From Antedon mediterranea (Eukaryota; Animalia; Echinodermata), in the NCBI RefSeq assembly GCF_964355755.1, contig NC_092679.1:23543432-23607431 (forward strand): a DNA stretch of 64,000 bases. Direction: 5' to 3'. Of the stretch, positions 53,901-64,000 are shown one piece after another; the stretch's first letter is position 1; each line of letters starts with the position of its first letter. A model generated the notes under the pieces. It saw only the letters and a program-made list of their open reading frames with translations, ran no database searches and was not told the origin of the DNA. The translations under genes and the position numbers were made by a program.

Positions 53901-56900
53901 TATGCAACAAGCGAAGCGAGCATCATCACTTGGTTGGTGCAGGGCCACAGTTGGGGATCCAGGGGAAGAATGACGTTCAGCGTATTTAATTAGAGTAGGC
54001 AGGAACCTAAAAGTGAACCTAATCACTATAACAAGAGTTCAGGTTCCGTACTCCCAAAGTAACAACAATGATATAAAATAAACTATATAAAAATATTTAA
54101 AAAACAAATAGACGAATCAACAGTGTCAATATAAAATAAACGGATAAAATACATAATAGTCGATTCAACAAAGTCAATATAAAACATGTGATTTAAGTGA
54201 ATTTAAAAATATTTGAAAACTGTCTAAAATTAAAGAATTTTTAATCATTTCCGGTAATTCTTCCCACAACCTAGGGAATATATTAATAGCGGAATGATGA
54301 AGACAATTGGTTCGAGCATAGTGATGAATGAACTTAAGTGTATCAAGGTGACGGCCATTAACAACTAAAGATTGACGAACACTACTACAATCAACCGTTC
54401 CAATAAGTGATTTACAAACAAAGGATAACAGAAGATAATTTCTTCGATTAGATAGTGTAGGCCAATTTAGCTTAGTGAGACGTTCCTCGTATTCCATTTC
54501 ACCTCTTGTTTGTTTAAGGACAAGTTAACTTTATATACTTACAGTGCTTCCAATGCTGTCAAATCAGCAAATATATTGGCTGGCAATGTAACTATTTTAT
54601 TACCGTACAAATACCTTTGAAAAAAGAATACAAAAGTAAAATTTACAAATTAGCCGTGGTACCAAGGTGATATGCAACAAGCGAAGCGAGCATCATCACT
54701 TGGTTGGTGCAGGGCCACAGTTGGGGATCCAGGGGAAGAATGACGTTCAGCGTATTTAATTTGAGGTAATTTTAATGAATAAAATAAGTTAACTTAATAT
54801 ACTCACAGATCTTCCAATGCTGTCAAATCAGCAAATGCATTGGCTGGCAATGTAACTATTTGGTTATAGCTCAAACCCCTTTAAAGAAAGGGAGTTCAGG
54901 TTATTATTTGCCATTTCTTTTGTTTTCTCATGTTTTACTATTTTAAACCATTTTTACCATTCATCATTATTGTTGATACCAATATAATAACCATTTGTAA
55001 TTAGCGCGCCTACATAGGTGTGTAATGTTGGACAAATTGCTCTGCATACCATAGTCACAGCAACACATTTGAAATAATTATATCAATAGACAACACATCG
55101 CTGATAATAAACTGTCTGTCAATTAAATTGTAAACTGTAATTGTGGTTTGTCTAACAGAATCTTGACTTAAAATAGGACTATGGGGGAAAATGTCACCTT
55201 TTATTAGGCTATTACCTCAGTTTTCATAGTTAAAATATCAATTTTTAATACATTTATAATAACGTGAGAGTGCCATTTCCGACCATGTAGAGGTGTTATA
55301 TTTTCAAAATCGCCTCAACTCAGCCCACCATGGTTGGTGGTGTGGACTCTACAGTTGCGCCCCCCCCCCCCCCCCCGCCTTCACAAAATCCTGGATCCGC
55401 CCCTGTGGACGAATGACGTATTTTAAGGCCGTTTTAATGAATACAATAAGTTAACTTTATATACTTACAGTATTTCCAATGCTATCAAATCAGCAAATAT
55501 ATTGGCTGGCAATGTAACTATTTTATTACCGCCCAAATACCTTTAAAAAAAGAATACAAAAGTAAAATTTACAAATTAGCCGTGGTACCAAGGTGATATG
55601 CAACAAGCGAAGCGAGCATCATCACTTGGTTGGTGCAGGGCCACGGTTGGGGATCCAGAGGAAGAATGACGTTCAGCGTATTTAATTTGAGGTAATTTTA
55701 ATGAATAAAATAAGTTAACTTTATATACTCACAGTTCTTCCAATGCTTTCAAATCAGCAAATATATTGGCTGGCAATGTAACTATTTGGTTATTGGTCAA
55801 ACGCCTTTAAAGAAAGAATACAAACGTAGAATACAATCATACATTATATTAATGTGATAAATATTTACTACGAAATACAAATTACTACAACAAATTACTT
55901 ATTTCATGATATTTCCGCGGAACGACATACAATAAGTTAACTTTATATACTTACAGTATTTCCAATGCTACCAAATCAGCAAATATATTGGCTGGCAATG
56001 TAACTATTATTATTATTATTATTTATTGCCAAAAACCAGTTACAAACAAACAAAACACAGAAACTAAGGGAGTAGGCAGGAACCTAAAAGTGAACCTAAT
56101 CACTATAACAAGAGTTCAGGTTCCGTACTCCCAAAGTAACAACAATGATATAAAATAAACTATATAAAAATATTTAAAAAACAAATAGACGAATCAACAG
56201 TGTCAATATAAAATAAACGGATAAAATACATAATAGTCGATTCAACAAAGTCAATATAAAACATGTGATTTAAGTGAATTTAAAAATATTTGAAAACTGT
56301 CTAAAATTAAAGAATTTTTAATCATTTCCGGTAATTCTTCCCACAACCTAGGGAATATATTAATAGCGGAATGATGAAGACAATTGGTTCGAGCATAGTG
56401 ATGAATGAACTTAAGTGTATCAAGGTGACGGCCATTAACAACTAAATATTGACGAACACTACTACAATCAACCGTTCCAATAAGTGATTTACAAACAAAG
56501 GATAACAGAAGATAATTTCTTCGATTAGATAGTGTAGGCCAATTTAGCTTAGTGAGACGTTCCTCGTATTCCATTTCACCTCTTGTTTGTTTAAGGACAA
56601 GCCTAGTAGCCCTTCGCTGGACTGCTTCGATACGTTCTGTAAGTTTTTTGGTTCGAGGCAACCACGCTGGAACACCATATTCAAGGATGGGGACAATGAG
56701 AGCTTTATAGAGTGAGAAAATAGCTGAAGGGGATGATCCTCCTGCAATACTAGTAATAAAACCCAATATTCGATTTGAACGAGAAATAATTAAGTTTACA
56801 TGGTCATCCCAAGTAAGTTCACTATTAATCGTGACCCCCAGATGACAATGACTAGATACGGATTTAATAGGCAAGTCATTTATACGATAAACAGGTCTAT

Positions 56901-59900
56901 ACTCTTTCCCTGATCTTGTAATGTGGAGAACCTTGGTTTTATTTAAGTTAAGCTCCATTTCATTTAGATCACACCAAGAGGAAAGCCTGATCAGATCGCA
57001 CTGAAGAACAACTTCATCGTCTACAGTAAATATATTTCTATAAATTATCGTGTCATCGGCAAACAATGCACATGGAGAAATAACAGATGAAGGAAGGTCA
57101 TTTATAAATAAGTTAAAAATAAGGGGTCCAAGTACGCTGCCCTGTGGTATGCCAGAGGTAACTGGGGATGATGGGCTAATGGATCCTTGATACAAGACTC
57201 TTTGGGAACGTCCCAATAGAAATGACTTGATCCATTTCCAGACATTGCCTCTGATATTAAAGTGGCTAGCCAGCTTATTAAAAATAATATGGTGAGGCAG
57301 TTTATCAAACGCTTTGGCATAGTGGAGAAAGATAACATCAATTCTGGGGGCTTTAGTTTTATCTAGCGAAGATGCCCAGGAATGAGTTAGGTTGGTAAGT
57401 TGGGTAACACAGGAACGTGAGGGGAAAAAACCGTGCTGGACATCAGTAATTGGACAATTATAAGCAACGTGATCAGATATACTTGAAAACAGTATTTTTT
57501 CAAGCAGTTTCGAACAAATAGGGGTAAGGGATATTGGTCTGTAATTACAAATTGCATTTTTATCACCAGATTTAAATATAGGAGTGATATGGGACATTTT
57601 CCACTTAGCGGGGATTTCCCCCATACGCAGGGACAAGTTAAACAAATTAAATAATGGTGGAGCAATAAATTCGGAAGCAGATTTCAATATGTATGGATGC
57701 ACGGAATCAGGACCTGGAGATTTATTAGATGAAAGTCCATTAATCACCTTCTCAACATTGTAGACGTTAAAGTTAAGTTGAGAAAGTTCAGGGATTGGGA
57801 CATTACAAACCGGAGGTTCACAGCTGGGAATTATGGGTGAGTTAAAAACAGAAACAAAAAAATCATTAAATGAACTAGCAATTACAGGGTGTGACGAAAC
57901 ATTCACACCATTTTATTACCGTCCAAATACCTTTAAAAAAAGAATACAAAAGTAAAATTTACAAATTAGCCGTGGTACCAAGGTGATATGCAACAAGCGA
58001 AGCGAGCATCATCACTTGGTTGGTGCAGGGCCACGGTTGGGGGATCCAGAGGAAGAATGACGTTCAGCGTATTTAATTTGAGGTAATTTTAATGAATAAA
58101 ATAAGTTAACTTTATATACTCACAGTTCTTCCAATGCTAAGAAAAACAGTTTTTTATGGAGTTTTTATGAATGTATCTCTGTGTTATTATTTGAACAATT
58201 GTTATGACTGTATTTTTTTTAATAGTTTTTGAAACATCGTCGGCATTGACATTTTAAAGTAAGATTTCAATTTTTCAATTTCAATTTCTATTTAGATGAT
58301 CTCAAAATCGTACTATGTTAAAGTAGACATGTTCGTAACATTGTTTTATTCTGAAAACAAAAACGTCTATAACCTTTGACCTGGTACACCATGCTTCAAA
58401 ATCCCAATCAGGATTTCTAATGACCTAGTGTTAAATGCATTGGCTGGCAATGTAACTATTTGGTTAAAGCTCAAATCCCCTTAAACATCGTCGGCATTGA
58501 CTTTTTAAAGTAAGATTTAAATTTTTCAATTTATATTTAGATTATCCCAAAGTCGTGCTATGTTAAAGTTGACATGTTATTAACATTTTTTATCCTGAAA
58601 ACAAAAACGTCTATAACCTTTGACCTGGTACATCACGCTACAAAGACCAATCAGGATTTTTAATGACCTAGTGTTAAAGGATAGGAGACAATTTGTGGAC
58701 TGGTAATAAGTCTTAACGTGACACGTAAACTGAAACTACTTTTCCAAAAATTGTATGTACAAGTGGGAAGAGTTATAATTGTAATGTGAAAACATAATTT
58801 GACTTTTAAAACTCAATTTCAAGAAGCGAGCATCATTTGGCTAGTGCATGTCAAGGGGCCCAGGTGGGACCAAGGGACCGTTTTAATAATTAAAAAAAAA
58901 GATTACTTAATATACTTACAGTATTTTTAATAATGTCAAATCAGCAAATATATTGGCTGGCAATGTACCTATTTCGTTAAGGAACAAATCTCTTTAAAAA
59001 GTAAAGTAAAAAATTACAAATTAGCGGTGGGGGATGGGAGATATGCAACAAGCGAGCATCATCACTTGTTTGTTGCTGGGTGTCCAGGGGAAGAATGACG
59101 TTTAGCGTATTTAATTTGAGGCCATTTTAATGAATAAAATAAGTTAACTTAATGTACTTACAGTTCTTTCAATGCTGTCAAATCAGCAAATGCATTCGCT
59201 GGCAATGTACCTATTTGGTTATGGCTCAAATCCCTTTAAAGAAAGAATACAAACTTACATTATGTGATAACAATTTACTACAAAATACAAATTACTCCAG
59301 CAAATTACTTAATTCATTATATTACATAGCCTATGTAAATACGCGAACGTGATTGGTTGAAACTGCATCACATGACTACCGATGCGAGGATCGTAAATCT
59401 TATATATCCTCGAGTACGATGATATTGACTGTGTAATTTTCGTGTGCAACACTCGCGTTTGCCGATAAATAAACAAAAGTCATCTACTGGGTCTTGAACT
59501 TGTGATGCGAATTGTCACTCCATCAGAAGACAACGCTCCAACCGCTGCGCCACGGAACTTGCTTGAAAAAATAAATCTTCTAAACTATTTAAGCTATGCA
59601 TACATAGCGCCCTCATTTCTTATTAGTCCACCCTAAATGTGGTGAAACACCGTTTGTGATTGGTCAATACTCACGGTAGTAACCTAGTAACTAGTACGCG
59701 CTGAACATCCGGTGATTCGGCTCCTCGAAGAGAAGAAGACGAATTATTTATTCGGCCTACCTGATTTAATTATTAATAGGCTTATTGATGGAAATTCTTC
59801 TGTTAATTTAAACGACCTAGGCCTAAGTGAATATTTTATTGCCAAGGAATCATTAATTAGTAATTATCTGTATATTATTCTTCGCAAGGTAAGGTGTCTA

Positions 59901-62900
59901 GGCAGGCTTGTTTAAATACAATACATAATACTATAGGAGGCCTAGCCTAGCTTCACCCAACCCAGCAGACTTGTTCTTGGCTATATAATATAACAGATAT
60001 TGCCTTTTATATCGGTTAAATATAAGATTTGACATCCCCTCGGGAATGATATTAAGTTCTCGGGGAATATATATTTCACTCAGCTGGCGCTTCGGGAAAT
60101 ATATATTCCCTCGAACTTAATATCATTCCCTCGGGGATGTCAAATCTTATATTTAACCTCTAAGCAGTCAATATCTGTATAATATTTCCGCTGGACGACA
60201 CGCGAAATCACAGAAAAACAGATTTTAAAATGTATCTCTGTGTTATTATTTGACCAATTTTTATGACTGTTCAGTATTATTATGCCTATATAATTATCTA
60301 CAGTGTAATGTTATTAGGTGATAATTTAGAATAAAATGATCACCTATTGTTATTGTATGAAATCTGTATTATTCAAATCAATTTCTGATTAAATTAGAGC
60401 ACGTTTCAGGTAATTTTAAGCGTTTAAAAAATTCCCACTGGTGCGCGCATTTTTACGCGCGCACGGCGCAGGGAACGCGTATGAGTCTTTCTTTTTTACA
60501 TAAATTGTTTTTTTTCAATCTTCGGTTAACAATTTTACGTTGTTTTATTCATTTTCCAAATTTGAAATGGTGTTCTACGAGTACGTTTAACATGACAGGT
60601 TGCGCAGGAAAAAGTCATTAAATCGTGAAACAATACAGTTCATCAGAATACAAGGTTACCCCCATTTTTTATTTTATTTTCTAACAGTCTATGAATCATA
60701 GGTGTGATTTAATATAGTGTTGAATGTTAAAGTGTGTTTGACGGCTACATTATTTGCATATTAAATATAATTTTTGAATTTTTTTTCATCGAACAAACAA
60801 AAATATTTTCAAAGAGCAAAACATAAAACGTAACGTTTACGTTTTTTCGTCACATGTCATTGTATAAAACTTGAAATTATGCACTTTCACAATATGTGAC
60901 TTTTTAAAATTCGTACGTGAAGATATCATCATAGTAAATATTATGATTTAGTTTGGTATGTAATACTCTATTTGCATCGAGGGGTTCACCACATACCGAA
61001 TGCATGAGAAATCTTTCTTAAGATGTTATTTCCGGTGTTCAGATGGCTCAATGTGTGCAACCGACTTTGCTATTAGAGTTACGGGAGCGAATTCCATCAT
61101 AGGAAAACAATTAAATAAAAGGATTTATTTTATTTATTTGAAAGGACAGTTTAATTTTGAGCTACTTTTTGGAAAAGTCATAACTGAAAAGATCTTGAAT
61201 GCGTTACGTTTTGTTGCGGTCGGATAACCAAACTCGTCCTAAGTGACGAGTTTAAATCTAGTTGTTGTTCGTCTTCTTTCTGTACACTATTTTGTGTAAC
61301 AAATATCTCACAAAGTAAAATGTGAACGATCACCAAAATTTCACAATATCTTTCAAATAATTTAACTTAATCCTAATAAGCTTTTCAGCGTGATCACTCA
61401 TACGAGACGTTAATTATACGCCATTTTGTGAAATTACATTATCAATCACATCTCCATAACTTGTCATCAAATATCAATACAATTCACTATAAAGTAAACT
61501 TCAGGTGAAGGGTAAAAATATAGCAAATAAAAACCGCCGCGTTCCAAGGTCATGCGCATGAAATTACGCGCTAAAAAAGCTCAAAAATAAGTTTTGATCA
61601 ATTTAGAGCATGAATTAAGCCATTTGCATATTTCAAAAAAAAATTCTGCGCAAAAACAAGTTTTTGAGCAGGCTAGGCTTTTTTTTACCTTTTGTCGTAG
61701 ATTATCACATTCAACAGAACGCATCATCTCGGTTATTTGAGCTCGAATTTCGCACACACTTTAGTATGTGCTTGCTTAATTGTATGTGCTCGTGAATTGT
61801 CAGCGTTAAATTGTGATGACGTCATCACGCGTACAAACTTGAATAACGTAGGTCGTGTAATTTCACCAACACCATATATTTGAATATCTTACAGCTCTTC
61901 GGAATTAAGGGGACCTTGAAGATTATAACTTATTATGAAAGCTGATGAAATGTAGATATGAATTCATATAAAAAAAGCCTATCGGATGTTGTGATGTTAT
62001 CTTATGGCCAGTTAAAAAGTAGTTTTTAAATTTCCTTAGTCAAAGTTATACACATTTTAAAGAGCACGCATTGCGTCTGTACGTGCCAAATTCTCTTCCA
62101 ATTATTATATTTTGTTTGCTCAATTCATTATAATAGGCACAACTCAGCACTATAAGCGTTTAATGTTGATGTATGCCATCCTGGCATCCGCCCCTGTAGA
62201 TGAATTCATTCAGCGTATTTTAAGTCCGTTTTAATGAATAAATTAAGTTAACTTTATATACTCACAGTATTTTCAATGCTGTCAAATCAGCAAATGCATT
62301 GGCTGGCAATGTAACTATTTGGTTACCGCTCAATTTCCTTTAAAAAAGAATACAAAAGTAAAAATTACAAATTATCAGTGGTACCAGGATTGTACCGCCA
62401 AGGTGATATGCAACAAGCGAAGCGAGCATCATCATTGGTATGGTTGGTGCAGGGCCACAGTTAAGGATCCAGGGGAAGAATGACGTTCAGTGTATTTAAT
62501 TTGAGGCCATTTTAATGAATAAAATAAGTTAACTTACTATACTCACAGTTCAGTACACTTTTTTTTCGATTTCCATTTTACAACCTTTCTTTGGAAATTT
62601 TATCCTATTTTATTCAATTTTCAACTTGAAATCGCTATATACGAGCATGCGAAAGTGACAGGCTACACACAGAAAAACTCGTGAAAATGTTATGAAATGT
62701 ACTGAATTTTAAAATTAAAGTTGAACCTCCGTGAGCGGCCACCTCCCGTATTTCAAAAGCCCGTGCATTTGGTGCCAAAATGATATCACTCTCACTGGGT
62801 TGTTACATTAGAAAATCTTTGTAATTCAATCTGTTTCCTCTTTTAATCACATTTTATTTTAAGGCTTTGGTACAACCAGTCGTGCAAACGCTGACTTACT

Positions 62901-63529
62901 ATACGCGCGAAGCGCTCTGTTGTGACGCTTTTACTCAAAATAGGCATACTGTATGGGGGAAAATGTCACCTTTTCATAGCCTATTACCGCAGTTTTCATA
63001 GTTTAAATATCAATTTTTAACACATTTATAATAACGAGAGTGCCATTTCCGACCATCTAGAGGTGTTATATTTGCAAAATTGGTTTTATTAAAGTGTTAT
63101 GTTGCTGTAATTTCTAACAAGAATTTATGAATCCTTGACTGTGATTGGCTACAGAGATAAATTACGCTCTCTGATTGAATTAATAAAATGATATCTTTAA
63201 AAAAATAGATTATCTTTATTTACTAAATCAAGGCATAATCTATAATTCCGTCACATTAAATCTTGTTATTTTTATTTATATTTTCTGAAGCACCTAATAA
63301 TGTTCTGTATTTTGATTAGGCTTACAAAGTAATTAATTGTTCTGATAATATCAACCAATCCCATGCACTTGACTAGCGGCATCACTTGGTTGGTACTAGG
63401 CCCGCTAGGTCCGTTATTCGACGACGCTATCATCGTTACTTAACTTAAGTAATATTTTATTACAAAAATAATGTTAAATCAGCAAATTCATTGGCTGACA
63501 ATGTAACTATTTCGTTATCGTACAAATAC
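41906..63529 (-). CDS. Type C leucine-rich-repeat GPCR (GRL101/RXFP-like), 3' part; gene continues beyond the window
   Basis: The terminal exon 41906-43025 encodes a hinge FSD..CFC.....C.P...DPFASCEDLL...IRV.MW and a 7TM with NLAVSDLLM.IYL, W..S.LC.LAG, SIDR, SVCLALP, FTDFCCWFPI and PINSSVNPYLYT. LRR exons lie at 43967-44038 and 44228-44302, with the 72-nt array at 51144-63529. All junctions are phase 2. Confidence 0.92.
44333..44570 (+). mobile_element. Degenerate L1/Tx1-like ORF2 fragment
   Basis: GNNQIVFK...YFKHWIDSGFMTIRDV resembles the W.N..I......F..W...G...I.D segment downstream of the RT in Tx1-like LINEs. Confidence 0.5.
44910..48730. repeat. 24-bp satellite (aatcatccaaatgcatgtgtcaat)n, about 160 copies, inside an intron of the LRR-GPCR
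   Basis: Highly homogeneous array with 21-bp deletion variants and degenerate edges. The 1200-aa ORFs on both strands are artefacts. Confidence 0.98.
48735..49100 (+). mobile_element. Degenerate L1/Tx1-like zf-RVT fragment
   Basis: QIKWDRELNIDIEWEKVW, a frameshifted FNFKLLHKILPTNK and CLKCHTIEEETH. Confidence 0.65.
49106..50668 (+). mobile_element. Probable non-autonomous Helentron-type element with an internal tandem duplication of about 267 bp
   Basis: Starts with the hairpin actagatggcacgctcgcttcgctcgcgtaccatctag and ends tttatatatagat. The segment 49680-49946 is repeated at 49947-50210, and the 3' part recurs at 41327-41672. Confidence 0.6.
53690..53709. mobile_element. Terminal motif aaaatcctggatccgcccctg of a non-autonomous DNA transposon relic in LRR introns
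   Basis: The same motif occurs at about 55385-55405, with a variant at about 62180-62196. In the first two cases it follows a poly-C tract. Confidence 0.45.
53993..54523 (-). mobile_element. Internal fragment of the CR1/L2-type LINE at 56006-57909
   Basis: Near-identical to about 56070-56601. It lacks the (TAA)n tail. Confidence 0.9.
56006..57909 (-). mobile_element. 5'-truncated CR1/L2-type LINE with reverse transcriptase ORF (56251-57906), inserted in an LRR exon
   Basis: RT motifs KSPGPD, NYRPISL, QHGF, AKAFD, GIPQGSVLGP, LFADD, HLGV and IEAVQRRATR, with a (TAA)n tail at about 56006-56025. There is no endonuclease domain, and the motif-A Asp reads His (FLHYAKAFD). Confidence 0.93.
59484..59557 (-). 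mobile_element. tRNA-like (SINE head) sequence
   Basis: On the minus strand, tccgtggcgcagcggttggagcg (A-box-like) is followed by aagttcaagacccag (B-box-like). It is not a clean tRNA cloverleaf. Confidence 0.45.
59990..60184. mobile_element. Palindromic fold-back MITE
   Basis: The arm acagatattg..ggttaaatataagatttgacatccc..gggaatgatattaagttc..gggaatatatattt and its reverse complement enclose a loop of about 20 nt. The flanks are TA-rich. Confidence 0.8.
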
Positions 63530-63779
63530 CTTTAATGCAAAAGTAAAAATTACAAATAGGGAGATGATTCTGATCAGCTGATAAGAACACAACGCACTAT
63601 TATTAGGCCAACAAATTTTAATGTAGAATAAAAATAATGTTGAAACAGCTCATAAGTTCAACCACCCTACTAGGAGCATTTACCCACATAACAACAGGAT
63701 ATTTTACCAAAATACGTAAATGTTGAATAGTAAAATTCTTGTTTCCTGTGTTTGTAAATATATGCTTCTGTGGACTGTA

Positions 63780-63902
63780 ACCATATATGGACACAATGAT
63801 GTGATACCACTACCATATTTGGGCACATCACTACCATATGAGCACATCACACTTTTTTTGTCAAACTCTTTTTTTTTATACTGTAGTGTAGACAGAGCTT
63901 TA
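63780..63902. mobile_element. Partial MITE, same family as 3777-3941
   Basis: Internal ccatatatgg/actaccatat motifs and one TIR, tagtgtagacagagcttta. Confidence 0.65.
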
Positions 63903-64000
63903 GTTGTTAGACTTTTTAACTACCGGTACACCTTTCTCCCCTAAAGGCCACGTCCGTACTGTCCGTACTGCCAATACGGCGCGCGCTTTCGTCCACGATA

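Larger units (their letters stand above)
51144..63529 (-). repeat. Tandem array of duplicated 72-nt LRR exons with duplicated intron modules
   Basis: Intact exons: 51144-51215, 51437-51508, 51731-51802, 52288-52359, 52652-52723, 53773-53844, 54543-54614, 54807-54878, 55469-55540, 55733-55804, 58920-58991, 59162-59233 and 62266-62337. Damaged or atypical exons: 51998-52068, 53143-53188, 55955-56005 + 57910-57930, 58124-58138 + 58433-58478, about 62546 (donor remnant) and 63464-63529 (66 nt). Introns share gatatgcaacaagcgaagcgagcatcatcacttggttggtgc and aataagttaactt. Confidence 0.93.

Noticed and set aside
56251-57906. Active or domesticated reverse transcriptase gene
   Set aside because: It is 5'-truncated, has no endonuclease, no promoter and a non-ATG start, and the motif-A Asp is replaced by His. 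It is an ordinary dead-on-arrival LINE copy.
60280-62110. Additional transposon-like intronic sequence
   Set aside because: It looks repeat-derived, but termini and family could not be defined by eye.

Overview
AT-rich, intron-containing animal genomic DNA, probably an invertebrate deuterostome such as an echinoderm (inference from gene and repeat content). In order, the window holds: the 3' part of a MAPKBP1/WDR62-like gene (+); an intronless Ig-superfamily membrane protein (+); a small 3-exon gene resembling the meteorin N-terminal domain (-); an 18-exon classical-architecture calpain with an open frame but all three catalytic residues replaced (-); a cluster of intronless rhodopsin-class GPCRs (two intact, two pseudogenes); and the 3' part of a type C LGR (GRL101/RXFP-like) LRR-GPCR (-). 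The most striking feature is the ectodomain of that receptor. It is built from a tandem array of at least 13 intact and about 6 damaged or atypical 72-nt-type phase-2 LRR exons. Their scaffold codons are nearly identical, while the concave-face residues are hypervariable, a pattern resembling a VLR- or Dscam-like cassette system on a GPCR. Also present are several minisatellites and satellites, LINE fragments (one inserted inside an LRR exon), MITEs and Helentron-like elements. All gene models were read by eye from splice signals and frame continuity, and no database searches were run.
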